Source: Rhodospirillales bacterium
Lineage (GTDB): Bacteria; Pseudomonadota; Alphaproteobacteria; Bin95
Length of the DNA stretch: 51,984 bases
Assembly: GCA_038143065.1 (NCBI GenBank)
Contig: JAYQLI010000002.1
Span: forward strand, 1 to 51,984
Direction: 5' to 3'
The notes under the pieces were generated by a model. The model searched no databases. It was not told where the DNA came from and was given only the letters and a program-made list of their open reading frames with translations. Shown one piece after another: positions 34,746 through 45,119 of this stretch. Within the stretch, counting starts at the first letter, position 1, and every line of letters begins with the position of its first letter. Position numbers and translations under genes: made by a program.

Positions 34746-35428
34746 GACAATCTCCATCATTTCCTTATCAAATGTGCATCTTTCGTTAGAAAGCAATGCT
34801 GGAACGATTGAGATATTGAAAAACATCTCTTTGAACGTCTCGGCTGGGGAAAGTTTGGCGCTAGTGGGACCATCAGGATCCGGAAAATCTTCACTTTTTG
34901 ATGTTACTTGGTGGTCTTGAACGGGCAAGTAGCGGGTCCGTCCGTGTTGCAGGCACCGAACTTTCCGATCTCAATGAAGATCAACTGGCATTTTTACGGC
35001 GGGATCAAATGGGAATTGTCTTCCAATCTTTTCACCTGATCCCCACAATGAGCGCGCTTGAAAACGTGGCAACGCCTTTGGAACTTGCTGGCGTGACCGA
35101 TGCATTCAAAAAAGCTAGAAGCGCTCTTGATAGCGTGGGGTTAACACATCGTGCGAGTCATTTTCCAGGTCAACTATCAGGCGGCGAACAACAACGGGTT
35201 GCACTGGCCCGCGCGGTAGTTGCACAACCCAAAATCCTATTGGCGGATGAGCCCACCGGAAACCTAGATGGTATAAACGGCATTGCTATCATGGATTTAC
35301 TATTCTCTTTGCGCGATCAATTTGGTTCGACCTTAATTCTTGTGACACATGATCCACTTTTAGCAAACCGTTGTAATCGGATCATTCGACTGCATGATGG
35401 TGAAATCGATCACAAGGTTACTTCATGA
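34744..35428 (+). CDS. ybbA: ABC transporter ATP-binding protein (frameshift near 34900)
   Basis: GPSGSGKS, LSGGEQQRVALARA and DEPTGNLD. Confidence 0.92.
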
Positions 35429-37953
35429 GTTGGCGCGTTTCAGCGAAAATAGCGCGCCGCGAGCTACGCGGTGGCCTAAGTGGGTTTCGTATCCTAATTG
35501 CGTGTCTCGCTCTTGGAGTTGCGGCAATCGCAGCAGTTGGAACCGTACGTAGCGGGATTCAAGCCGGCCTTGTGTCAAAAGGTGCGGAGCTTTTAGGCGG
35601 AGATGCCGAGGCCGAGTTTACTTATAGATTTGCAAACCAAAGCGAACACATGTGGATGCAAGGGCAAGCCACAACTGTATCCCAAATCGTTGATTTTCGT
35701 TCGATGGCCGTTGTTGAACGAAATGGAAAAATTGAACGCGGACTTACCCAAATTAAGGCTATTGATGAATTCTACCCACTTTATGGAATGCCGAAACTGC
35801 GCAGCGGTGAAGAATTTTCGAAGGTTTTTGTTCAAACGGGCGATCATCCACCTGCGCTTATGGAACGTCTAATTGCAGATCGCTTAGCGCTTGGAGTTGG
35901 TGATACATTCAAACTAGGGACCACCACATTCATACTAGCTGACATAATCACCCTCATACCCGATGGAGCAGGGGACGGCTTTGGGCTTGGACCGAGAACT
36001 CTTGTCATGACTAAAGATCTTGAGAAATCTGGACTTATTGCTCCCGGAACGTTGTTCAGCACCAAATATCGATTAAAACTTCCACCAGATGCTGATCTCG
36101 ATACTCTTGCTAAATTGGTAGAAATTGATCTGAGCAGTAGTGGCCTGCGATGGCGCGATGCACGCGAGGCCGCACCGGGGATTTCTGCATTCATTGATCG
36201 TCTAGGATCCTTTTTAACCCTCGTGGGTCTTGCCGGATTAGCCGTTGGTGGCATTGGTGTGTCATCGGCTGTTAGAACCTATCTTGATCGAAAGATCACC
36301 GTAATTGCTACCCTACGCAGCATAGGAGCGGGAAATGCAACACTTTTTCAGATCTATTTTTTGCAAATAGCTGCACTTTCTCTAATCGGAATTTCTATTG
36401 GTTTGATCATTGGTATTGGCGTTCCAATTGCGTTTGAACCCCTATTTACTGCGATACTGCCGTTCCCGATCACGTTGACAATCTTTGCACGCCCCATCAT
36501 CGAGTCCATGGTTTATGGAGCTCTAGCTGCCCTGATTTTTACTATTTGGCCATTAGCACAGGCCGAAAATGTTAAAGCCGCAACCTTATTTCGCGATGCG
36601 AGTAGAACAACAAGCACCTTGCCGCGTTTTATTTATGTTCTTATTTCTGTTGGGTTAACGGCTTTAATGCTTGCGCTGGCCTGTTATTTTATAGGCTCTA
36701 TTTCCCTTACGCTATGGACAGCCACCGGCGCCGTTGGTGCGTTAAGCATTTTATACATTTCAGCAATTGCCACACGTAAGATCGCTCAGCGGGTGCAAAT
36801 TTGGTCTAAAGGGCGATCAATCTTGCGTTGGGCTCTATCGGCAATTGGAGGGAAATCTGAAGGGTCGACGGCTGTGATCCTTTCAATTGGCTTAGGACTA
36901 TCAGTTTTAGCCTCAATTGGCCAAATTGACGGCAACCTTAGACAAGCTATAAACCAAGATCTGCCAGGAATAGCTCCATCCTATTTCTTTATTGATATAC
37001 AAAAATCACAAATGCCCGCTTTTCGGAAGCTTTTGAATGCTGATTTAGAGGTCGACAGCTTTGAAGAGGCACCAATGCTGCGTGGAATTATTTCTAGGAT
37101 CAATGACCAACCTGCCGAAAAAGTCGCAGGGGATCATTGGGTGATCCAAGGAGATCGTGGCATCACCTATGCCTCTATTCCTAGCCCAGAAACAGAAATC
37201 ACATCTGGTGAGTGGTGGCCTCAAGATTACAGTGGGCCTGCACAAATCAGCTTTGCCGCAGAAGAAGGCGCGGAAATGGGATTAATGCTTGGAGATGAAT
37301 TAACGATCAACGTCTTGGGGCGCGACATCACAGGAAAGATTACAAGTTTTCGCAATGTAGACTTTTCAACTGCAGGTATGGGGTTCATCCTAGCCATGAA
37401 CCCATCCGCGCTGGCTGGCGCGCCACATAGTTTTATCGCGACAGTGTATACAACGCCCGAAAACGAAGCATCATTGCTACGAAATTTAGCAGAGGCCTTT
37501 CCGAATATTACCGCAATTCGCGTCCGCGATGCTATTGATCAAGTATCCTCTGTGTTGAATTCAATTGCAGCAGCCACATCCTACGGTGCTTTAGCAACAT
37601 TATTAACTGGCTTCCTGGTCCTTATCGGCTCAGCAGCATCTGCTCTGCATGCACGCCGCTACGAAGCTGCCATCCTGAAAACGCTTGGCGCTACGCGCCG
37701 TTCTATAGTGTTAAGCTTTGCATTGCGTGCAGCTATCATGGGAATGGCTGCCGGGTTTGTTGCCATCGGTGCCGGCGCGCTTGGTGGATGGGCTGTTACC
37801 CGTTTTGTTATGAACACTAGTTTCACTGTCATTTGGCCAAATGCCGTAGCGATCATTTTTGGCGGTGTATTTGCAAATGTTTTAGCAAACATGGCTTTCG
37901 CGGTACGAGCCTTGAATACGCCGGTTACTCAAATACTTCGGACACGCGAGTAG
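35425..37953 (+). CDS. ybbP: ABC transporter permease (FtsX-like, two repeats)
   Basis: ARRELRGG, LLGGD, APSYFFIDIQ and AAILKTLGA. Intact 842 aa. Confidence 0.93.
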   Translation: MSWRVSAKIARRELRGGLSGFRILIACLALGVAAIAAVGTVRSGIQAGLVSKGAELLGGDAEAEFTYRFANQSEHMWMQGQATTVSQIVDFRSMAVVERNGKIERGLTQIKAIDEFYPLYGMPKLRSGEEFSKVFVQTGDHPPALMERLIADRLALGVGDTFKLGTTTFILADIITLIPDGAGDGFGLGPRTLVMTKDLEKSGLIAPGTLFSTKYRLKLPPDADLDTLAKLVEIDLSSSGLRWRDAREAAPGISAFIDRLGSFLTLVGLAGLAVGGIGVSSAVRTYLDRKITVIATLRSIGAGNATLFQIYFLQIAALSLIGISIGLIIGIGVPIAFEPLFTAILPFPITLTIFARPIIESMVYGALAALIFTIWPLAQAENVKAATLFRDASRTTSTLPRFIYVLISVGLTALMLALACYFIGSISLTLWTATGAVGALSILYISAIATRKIAQRVQIWSKGRSILRWALSAIGGKSEGSTAVILSIGLGLSVLASIGQIDGNLRQAINQDLPGIAPSYFFIDIQKSQMPAFRKLLNADLEVDSFEEAPMLRGIISRINDQPAEKVAGDHWVIQGDRGITYASIPSPETEITSGEWWPQDYSGPAQISFAAEEGAEMGLMLGDELTINVLGRDITGKITSFRNVDFSTAGMGFILAMNPSALAGAPHSFIATVYTTPENEASLLRNLAEAFPNITAIRVRDAIDQVSSVLNSIAAATSYGALATLLTGFLVLIGSAASALHARRYEAAILKTLGATRRSIVLSFALRAAIMGMAAGFVAIGAGALGGWAVTRFVMNTSFTVIWPNAVAIIFGGVFANVLANMAFAVRALNTPVTQILRTRE

Positions 37954-38127
37954 TCAATTTTTGAATTATAATAGACGACATGCTATATAAAACAAAGCGT
38001 CTCTTATCATTGAGTTTAAAGACAGGAATAGTGCTAAGAGTGTGCCTCTGCAATTTGTGAATGAAAACAAGGTTTTGCGAGGAGGTTTTGGGAGACTTTA
38101 AAAAAGCCATGTAGGAGGAGGACATAA

Positions 38128-38334
38128 ATGCAATACACGTTTTACTACGTTTCAATTTTTGTGATGCTGCTAACGTTGCTAATTCACATTCAGTTAATTG
38201 CAGCGCCAATGATATTCGTTCCAATCGGATTTCTTTTAGCCATCATCTTCATAGCAATTGGCGTAATTTCAGCAATGAAAACTGAGGTCGATTTGGACTT
38301 CATGTTTCATAAAAACCAAGATGAAAAAGACTAG
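38128..38334 (+). CDS. Small hypothetical membrane protein
   Basis: Strong AGGAGG RBS and two TM segments. Confidence 0.7.
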   Translation: MQYTFYYVSIFVMLLTLLIHIQLIAAPMIFVPIGFLLAIIFIAIGVISAMKTEVDLDFMFHKNQDEKD

Positions 38335-38395
38335 GTAACACTTATGATTACCCTCTTCGCATTAATATTCCTTTTAGTTGGTTTATCAGCGTGTA

Positions 38396-39185
38396 CTAAT
38401 CACACTTTATCGACAGATGCATAGTTGTGAAGCCTGTGAACACCGCACTCCATTCTTCACCTGCCAAAATTGGCTTTGCGTCAGTAAGAGTGCCTGTAGT
38501 CACAACATCTCCAGCTTGTAATTCTGGCTCTCCGTTATGATTTTCGATACCTTTTTGCAAATATTTCAAAGCAGAAATGGGTCCATCAAGCACGTTACTT
38601 CCTAACCCTCTTCAATGATTTTATCATTGCGAAATAATTCAACTCTAATTGAATTTAATATTTCTTCCAGATTTTCAGGAGGGTCATATTTCTGCCCCAC
38701 GATCAATCGACCATGCAATCCGCCCGAGATGATAGTGTCTTCTAAAGCGAAATCCCAATTTGGATAAACAGAATCTACTATTTCAAAACCGGGTGCTATC
38801 CATGCGACACAATCCACGATGTCACTTATGAATGGGTTTTGAGGGATAGCTCTATTCAGTCCTAATACAATTTCAGGCTCTAACCGCGGTTCACAAAATC
38901 CTGACAGATTTACCGTCAGCTTGATTTGCAGAGGAATATGTCTATCGTTTTATCAGTTATCACGCCCCAAATAGGTTCATGAACATTATAAGTCGGCCAA
39001 ATAGATCGGTTGGTAAAACCAATCTTACGCCCCAACATATGACCGCCTCTCATCGTCGCAACTTCTCTGGCAACAGCGTATGCCTCTTCCTGAGAAAATC
39101 GAATTCCTCGCTTCGAAAAAGGTTCAATCTGCACTCCAGAGTTTAAAGACCTAAAAACTTCAGAGGCAGCCTTCTGTATTTTCAT
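38396..39185 (-). CDS. 2-keto-4-pentenoate hydratase/fumarylacetoacetate hydrolase family (frameshifted)
   Basis: GRKIGFTN, EPRLEPEIV (hand translated), GFEIVDS and LQAGDVVTTGT. Confidence 0.88.
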
Positions 39186-39280
39186 ATCCACACCTAACGT
39201 TGTCTCAAAGAATGGCACGGTTAATTCTAAAGCCCAATCAAGTTCTATTATGACAAGCCAGAAGTAACTACTAAAAAATC

Positions 39281-39345
39281 AATTGCACAAAACCTGCAAA
39301 TCTATTCTCACAATTTGCACAAAAGCATCATTCTGGCTGCACAAC
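39281..39345 (+). promoter_or_regulatory. Phased TGCAYA/TGCAAA direct repeats (candidate OmpR-family boxes)
   Basis: TTGCACAAAAC CTGCAAATCTA TTCTCACAAT TTGCACAAAAG at 10-11 bp spacing. Similar array at 42379-42450. Confidence 0.5.
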
Positions 39346-39384
39346 ATCCAATCATAACATGAGCGTCAGAAGAAATCTGACACA

Positions 39385-39460
39385 AGTTGGGCCCTTCCTA
39401 CTGGCCTCATAACTTCCCCTGGCGGCGTTGTTTTAGGTCGCACGCAGTCAGGGGCTTTTG
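39385..39460 (+). ncRNA. Candidate two-hairpin sRNA or leader with anti-SD (CUUCCU) loop, copy 2
   Basis: AGTTGGGCC-CTTCCTACT-GGCCTCATAACT, then CCCCTGGCGGCG...CGCAGTCAGGGG followed by CTTTT. Confidence 0.45.
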
Positions 39461-39489
39461 CAACCTGACCTAGTGATTGGAGACCTATT

Positions 39490-39687
39490 ATGAAGACTAT
39501 AATTTCAACCTTAGTATTGATTTTGCTGGGTTCAGCAGTCGTTGCAGGCGTGATGCCAGAAGACATCATGCCTGAAGTGACTGACATGTCCACTAAGTCG
39601 ATGCCGATTGAACCAACGTTAGAGATAGCCGATGAACCGCATCCTTTTATTCAATTCTTAACGTATGTGTTGGTGCTATTAATTTAG
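39490..39687 (+). CDS. Small hypothetical protein with signal peptide and C-terminal TM
   Basis: GGAG RBS and hydrophobic N- and C-termini. Confidence 0.65.
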   Translation: MKTIISTLVLILLGSAVVAGVMPEDIMPEVTDMSTKSMPIEPTLEIADEPHPFIQFLTYVLVLLI

Positions 39688-39815
39688 TGATAAAATCAGG
39701 GGCTCTAATTGAATAAAATTCATTTCAATTGGAGCCCCTTTTCATACCCTTGAAATCTTTATCAGCGTTACCAAATACGGGTGCGTAAAGAGGAAAAACA
39801 GATTTGGAGTTTGAA

Positions 39816-40064
39816 ATGTTAAACTTCGACCAAGGCGATGGCCTAATAAAAGAAATCATGAATTCCAAAGACCCCATAAGTGTGGTTCGGCAGCACGTTC
39901 TTAAGAATGGCGGATTTTGGAATGACACCGATGTAGTAAATAAATCCACCATTTTTGAAATTCATCTCTATGGCGTCAGAGGCATTGGTCTGGGAGCAGA
40001 TGAAGCGTTAAAAAACTGGCTGGTAAGCGCAAGAAACTCTTTGGAAAGCTCCAGACAGTGTTAA
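39816..40064 (+). CDS. Hypothetical protein
   Basis: GGAG RBS before the ATG at 39816. Converges on the kinase gene. Confidence 0.55.
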   Translation: MLNFDQGDGLIKEIMNSKDPISVVRQHVLKNGGFWNDTDVVNKSTIFEIHLYGVRGIGLGADEALKNWLVSARNSLESSRQC

Positions 40065-41620
40065 GCTTTTAGCGATATTGAAAACTTCGCGCCCCCTTGG
40101 CGTAGATTACTGACAGATACTTTGCCGCCATGGGCCTCAACGACCTGCTTCACAATAAACAAACCCAATCCTGAACTCGCATCCTCTTCTGCGGTGCCTT
40201 CACGATGGGTGAAAAATCTTTCAAAAATTTTATCTAGCTGCTCTTCTGGAATTCCGGGACCTGTGTCTTCGACAGACAAGGTAAGATCTTTCATCCAGCG
40301 TCTTTTTAGAGAAATAGTAACCGTGCCTCTTGGCCTGGCAAAGCTAATCGCATTCTCGATTAAATTGATGACCACTTGTGCAAACCGATCCGGCAAACCT
40401 ACGAATTGTATATTTGGAGCGATATCAGACATTATTTTCACGCCCGGCGTTGCTTTGGCATCGCGGAAATGATCAACAAGATCATTGAGTAGAACCGAAA
40501 GGTTGAATTGTTCCCTCTTGGCTGCCACGAGCTCATGATCAACAGTTGCAGCCTCTGATATTTCACTAACAAGCTTATTGATCCGAATTGCTTGTTTCTG
40601 AATGGTTGTAATAGTGCCCTGAACCTTTTCCTGATCATTCAAATTGCCTCTTATTACTTCGGTATGCGCAATAATCGAGGAAACCGGATTTTTAATCTCA
40701 TGTGAAATATCTGCAGCGAACCGCTCTTTATCTGCAAAGATGCGCGCTAAATTGTCATTCAACTTTATGAGGTTTTTGTAGACCAAACCAATTTCATCTT
40801 TGCGCTTCTCAAGGCTTTGGATTCGAAAATCCGTAAGGTGCTGCGCGACATCATCAGATGTCAGTTTTTTGTTTAATCGTCTTGAAAGTCGTCGCAATGG
40901 AAACGCCAATGAAAAGGCAAAGACAGAACCAATTAATAAAGTTATGCCCGATAATCCGATCAAAACCCACAGACGCGCATTATTATCTTTTAAATATATC
41001 TCACGCAGATGGTATGCATCTTTCAGGTCCACAATAGCGATTGTTTTTTTGTCAAACTTGACCGGCATGGCATATCGTAATTCATACCCATCCGCATTTG
41101 CTTCAATCAGGTGGTATTGCGCAGAAAATCTTGCTCGGCGATACACGATAGGATCAGTAAGCAGGTTAAAATCCACTAATCTCTTATAAGAATAAAACAA
41201 AAGCTCCGCGATTTTCGGCAGCTTAGGTTGTTCTGCCAGTTTTGGCCCCTCTGATGTAATTTCAGAAACAATAATTTTGCTTTTCCGATAAGGATTATTA
41301 GTTTGAAAAAATGCAAATCCATCATCGTTGACCTCATCTATAAAGAAGGGACGGATTTCTAAAGCATCCGACAAAACCGTATCAAGTTGATTAAGCGTAT
41401 TGGTAATCTCAATCATTTTATCAAAACGGCTCAAATCTGTTCTAAGCAATGTTGGCTTCACGATTTCGGAAACCAGTACGCCTTGAGAATATAGCGCGCT
41501 GCGTTTGTTATTAATTTCAGAGTAAGCAGTATCCTCAGTTAAAAAGATAAATGCCCAAAGCGCCGCATTTATAACGATCAGGAGAACAAATATCTTTACG
41601 AAGATACTACGAAAAACCAT
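40061..41620 (-). CDS. Sensor histidine kinase, ChvG/ExoS-like
   Basis: Two TMs, HAMP (RKDEIG), H-box FAADISHEIKNP, NLIENAISF, DTGPGIP, IFERFF and SGLGL. Confidence 0.93.
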   Translation of the reverse strand: MVFRSIFVKIFVLLIVINAALWAFIFLTEDTAYSEINNKRSALYSQGVLVSEIVKPTLLRTDLSRFDKMIEITNTLNQLDTVLSDALEIRPFFIDEVNDDGFAFFQTNNPYRKSKIIVSEITSEGPKLAEQPKLPKIAELLFYSYKRLVDFNLLTDPIVYRRARFSAQYHLIEANADGYELRYAMPVKFDKKTIAIVDLKDAYHLREIYLKDNNARLWVLIGLSGITLLIGSVFAFSLAFPLRRLSRRLNKKLTSDDVAQHLTDFRIQSLEKRKDEIGLVYKNLIKLNDNLARIFADKERFAADISHEIKNPVSSIIAHTEVIRGNLNDQEKVQGTITTIQKQAIRINKLVSEISEAATVDHELVAAKREQFNLSVLLNDLVDHFRDAKATPGVKIMSDIAPNIQFVGLPDRFAQVVINLIENAISFARPRGTVTISLKRRWMKDLTLSVEDTGPGIPEEQLDKIFERFFTHREGTAEEDASSGLGLFIVKQVVEAHGGKVSVSNLRQGGAKFSISLKA

Positions 41621-42312
41621 CAGTCGGCTTTCAACTTATAGCCCAGCCCATGCACCGTCGCGATTATGGAGCAGTCTTCATCGCTCGACTTTAGCTTTTG
41701 TCGAATATTGCGGACATGGCTGTCGATTGTTCGATCTGTCACATGAATGGCGCCTGCATAAGCTGCATCCATCAGCTGACTACGGCTTTTCACCAAACCG
41801 GGCCGTTCTGCCAAAGCTGCAAGTAAAAGACATTCTGTAACTGTAAGGTCTATCGGCACCTCTTTCCAAGATACCAAATGGCGACTTTGGTCTATAACCA
41901 AATCGCCCGCGATAATCTGAGAAGATTTGTCCTTAACCGAGCCATCAACATGGCGGCGCAAAACCGCAGCCACGCGCGCCAGTAAAAGGTGTTTGCTAAA
42001 AGGTTTGGTCACATAATCATCAGCGCCAAGCGTAAAACCTATGATTTGGTCTTGCTCTTCATCCTTTGAAGATAGAAAAATTACAGGTAGATTGGACTTA
42101 ATCACTCTGAGTTCTTTTAAGAGATCATAACCACTCATTTCCGGCATTTTAATATCGCAAATTGCCAATGCGATTTCGTTTCTTTTCAAATGGCTTATTG
42201 CTTTAAGAGGGGAACCAAAAGCATCAATGCGATAACCCTCTGCCTCAAGCATAGATTGCAACGGGTTTAAAATTTCCGGTTCGTCATCAACAATCATCAG
42301 TCTTTGCATCAA
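41620..42312 (-). CDS. OmpR-family response regulator, ChvI-like
   Basis: DIKMPEM, FLSSKDEE, GADDYVTKPFS, LTVTE, RPGLVKSRSQLMDAAY and DRTIDSH, all characteristic of ChvI. Confidence 0.93.
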   Translation of the reverse strand: MMQRLMIVDDEPEILNPLQSMLEAEGYRIDAFGSPLKAISHLKRNEIALAICDIKMPEMSGYDLLKELRVIKSNLPVIFLSSKDEEQDQIIGFTLGADDYVTKPFSKHLLLARVAAVLRRHVDGSVKDKSSQIIAGDLVIDQSRHLVSWKEVPIDLTVTECLLLAALAERPGLVKSRSQLMDAAYAGAIHVTDRTIDSHVRNIRQKLKSSDEDCSIIATVHGLGYKLKAD

Positions 42313-42378
42313 ATTAGCTCCATCACTTTGTGCAAAACTGGCACAGACTCATGAGTATCTCAAAGTGAAATAACGCTT

Positions 42379-42450
42379 CTGCACATATTCTGCATAATCA
42401 ATCACACTAACTGCAAATATCTCTCAAACTGGCTGCACATGTCTCTGCCA
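42379..42450 (+). promoter_or_regulatory. Phased TGCAYA direct repeats in the divergent regulator/Sel1 promoter region
   Basis: CTGCACATATT CTGCATAATCA ATCACACTAA CTGCAAATATC TCTCAAACTGG CTGCACATG. Confidence 0.55.
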
Positions 42451-42489
42451 AACATTTCACAACAGGTCGAGGCATCGATCTGTCGAGCA

Positions 42490-42566
42490 GAGCGAGTTGT
42501 AGGTTCCTCTCCCTTTACGGCTTCGCTCCTAGCCCTGGTGGTCTCCCTCCCAACCACCGGGGCTGG
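42490..42566 (+). ncRNA. Cuckoo/alpha-r14/CcsR-like two-hairpin sRNA candidate
   Basis: GAGCGAGTTGTAGG-TTCCTCTCCC-TTTACGGCTTCGCTC and CTAGCCCTGGTGG-TCTCCCTCCCAA-CCACCGGGGCTGG: two adjacent hairpins with CU-rich anti-SD loops. Confidence 0.55.
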
Positions 42567-42581
42567 TTAACCAAGAAAGGA

Positions 42582-42671
42582 ATGAAAATGGAGACACTTC
42601 AAATATTCACAGCTGGAGAAATATTGTTCTTCATTGCAGCCGCAGGCTTGTACATTTGGGGGTCCAAATGA
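42582..42671 (+). CDS. 29-aa single-TM small protein (absent from the ORF track)
   Basis: MKMETLQIFTAGEILFFIAAAGLYIWGSK. AAGGA RBS. The stop overlaps the next start (ATGA at 42668-42671). Confidence 0.55.
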   Translation: MKMETLQIFTAGEILFFIAAAGLYIWGSK

Positions 42672-44290
42672 ATAATCTGCCCAAGAAACCTGAAACCGAA
42701 ATCGAAACCAAGGTAGCAATAAAGTCAAAAAAATATTCGATAAAACAGCATCAACTTTATCTAATGATTTTTTTGGTCGTGATCTTCTCACTGTTTGGTC
42801 TTTCAGCCTTCGCTTCACCAAGCACAGAATGGAAAAAAGAAGGTGATGATCCCTGGGTGGGTGCATTGAGCCATCAAGGGAATGCCTTGCTTGCTTTTTT
42901 CATGTTTGATGACTGCTCAGTGGACTTAGACGTTCACCTGAGAGCGCCTGTCACATTTAGCAACCATTACCAAGAAAATCAGAAAATCGAGGCCTCTATC
43001 AAATTAGTATCACAAGATAGAAAACATGAGTTCGATAACGAAGCGACAATAGAAGAACTGATCGTTGATGAAGATAAAACTCAAAATCTAGTAATTTTAA
43101 ATTTTGGAACATTTAAACATGTCAAACATGTTCTTAGAGCGTTCGATCCTTCAAAAGTTCATGTGTCATTTTCGATCAATAATGAAATTCTTAACTTAGA
43201 AAACAACGTTTGGGACTTTACGAGCTTTGAAGATCCTATTTCAAAACTAGCAGCAAGCTGCAAACAATATGAGCCTGCCAAGTTGTATGATGAAGGGCAG
43301 CGATTTTTATCAGAAGAAAAAAACCATAAAAGCAATATAATAGCCTTCAATCTTATCAATGAAGCAGCGCAGTCAGGCTACGCGCCAGCCATGGCGGGCT
43401 TATCAGAACTTTATCAAAAAGGTACAGGCGTTGATCAAAATTTGGAGATTGCAATTATTTGGCTTGAGCTGGCTGCCGAAAATCAGGTTCCCACGGCACA
43501 ATTGAAACTCGGAAAGTTTTACAAGGACGGTTTAGCGCTAGAAAGAGATTTGGATAAAGCGGAGCGGCTTTTGCAAGCGTCTTTAGTAAACGGCGTCGAG
43601 CACGCTGCACTTGAGCTTTCGGACCTTAAAGAGCTCAAAAAAATCGAACCATATCTCGATAGCGAATTTAGAAAAATAGCTGGCATCGCAGCTTATCAAC
43701 GGACCCTGATCAACCTAGTCTCTGGAAATAAAAGAAGCCAAAAGACTGCTCTGACAAATTTAGAAAATTGGGCATTTAAAGGAGATGGGTCGGGTTATTT
43801 TATATTGGCCAATCAATATAACGAGCGCGATTGGATAATTGGAAGCAACCAAAAAGCGCGGCGTTCTATTCAACGCGCGCAGAACATTGCATGGAAACAA
43901 CTTAACACTGATTTGCTCATCAAAATTGCCGAACTCTACGAAACTGGCAAAATTGTTCCCAAAAGTGCAAAAAGAGCAATTTCTCTTTACGAGCGTGCTG
44001 CCAGATTATCAGACCCAAAAGCTAATTTGAAATTAGGTAATCTAATTTTAGACGAAGCTAAAAATATAGCAGATCTAGACCGCGCGTTTGAGGCCTTTTG
44101 GTTGGCTGCACGCAAACAAAGCTCACAAGCAAACAGATGTGTGTCACTATTTTATGCATTCGGTTTAGCAGTGGAAGCTGATGCTGAGGAAGCTGTCAGA
44201 TATTCAAAATTGGCATCTACCGAGGAAAATCCTCAAAATTTCGTATGCAGTTTTGAACGGATTAAAGAGCTGTCCGTCCAGATCAGCTGA
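42668..44290 (+). CDS. Exported Sel1-repeat protein
   Basis: N-terminal signal/TM. Sel1 repeats AAQSGYAPAMAGLSELYQKGTGV, AQLKLGKFYKDG and LYERAARLSDPKANLKLG. Confidence 0.88.
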   Translation: MNNLPKKPETEIETKVAIKSKKYSIKQHQLYLMIFLVVIFSLFGLSAFASPSTEWKKEGDDPWVGALSHQGNALLAFFMFDDCSVDLDVHLRAPVTFSNHYQENQKIEASIKLVSQDRKHEFDNEATIEELIVDEDKTQNLVILNFGTFKHVKHVLRAFDPSKVHVSFSINNEILNLENNVWDFTSFEDPISKLAASCKQYEPAKLYDEGQRFLSEEKNHKSNIIAFNLINEAAQSGYAPAMAGLSELYQKGTGVDQNLEIAIIWLELAAENQVPTAQLKLGKFYKDGLALERDLDKAERLLQASLVNGVEHAALELSDLKELKKIEPYLDSEFRKIAGIAAYQRTLINLVSGNKRSQKTALTNLENWAFKGDGSGYFILANQYNERDWIIGSNQKARRSIQRAQNIAWKQLNTDLLIKIAELYETGKIVPKSAKRAISLYERAARLSDPKANLKLGNLILDEAKNIADLDRAFEAFWLAARKQSSQANRCVSLFYAFGLAVEADAEEAVRYSKLASTEENPQNFVCSFERIKELSVQIS

Positions 44291-44387
44291 TCACTTTCGC
44301 CTCCTTTGCAATACCCAGTTTTCTGACGCCCCAATCGGGCAAAACCTAACCATCAACCTTAACAACTTCACATAAAGGAAATCAAAA

Positions 44388-45119
44388 ATGAGACCTATTT
44401 TCAAAACTATTTCAGCGGCCTTCTTGTTTCTTGCGAGCGCAGCTCAATCCGAAGAAGCCAAATTCAAAATTCAGGGTGACACCCTATTTTACAGCACTGA
44501 AGATGAAGGAATTACAAAGGATTTTGTGAGTATTTCAGACGCTTTACATTTTCGCACCATATTACGTGATAATCCTGAAATTCTTCGTATTAATCTTTAT
44601 TCATATGGCGGGCATGTAGAGGCCGGCTTGGAAATAGCGCGTATCGTCAGTGACTTTGAAATAGACACTGAGATTTCAAAAGAATGCTCTAGCGCCTGTG
44701 TTCCTATATTTTTAGCAGGACAGAACCGCGTGCTTAAAAAGGGAGCATTGATCGGGTTTCACCGCCCTAACTGGCAGCAGGACTCGATGGAACGTTACTA
44801 TGATGCCAAGAAAGAAGACTTCGGCTGGAATACGCCATTTGAATTTTCAAACTGGGTTCAAAAGGACACGTTCGAAGTTGCAATGCAGCTCTATGATAGA
44901 TTTTCTCAAGCTGGAGTTGCACCCGAATTCATCTCTCAAGCCCTCAAATATGACATTGAGCAAATGTGGTATCCTTCGCGCACCGAGCTTGTGAATTTTG
45001 GTGTGGTAAATCTGGTTGAACTCGCAGCAATGAGGCCCCCTACCCGTCCAACAAATATTAAAAAAATCGAAGATGCGTTTCAGGAGGTGCAGATCAGTCA
45101 ACTCGAACAGACCGAGTGA
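44388..45119 (+). CDS. Exported ClpP/crotonase-like domain protein (COG3904 type)
   Basis: Signal peptide, LYSYGGHV, CSSACVPIFLAGQNR and IGFH. Confidence 0.75.
   Translation: MRPIFKTISAAFLFLASAAQSEEAKFKIQGDTLFYSTEDEGITKDFVSISDALHFRTILRDNPEILRINLYSYGGHVEAGLEIARIVSDFEIDTEISKECSSACVPIFLAGQNRVLKKGALIGFHRPNWQQDSMERYYDAKKEDFGWNTPFEFSNWVQKDTFEVAMQLYDRFSQAGVAPEFISQALKYDIEQMWYPSRTELVNFGVVNLVELAAMRPPTRPTNIKKIEDAFQEVQISQLEQTE

Noticed and set aside
34746-34928. N-terminal extension of the 293-aa TesA ORF
   Set aside because: It is the antisense of the ybbA 5' end. The real start is at or downstream of 34745.
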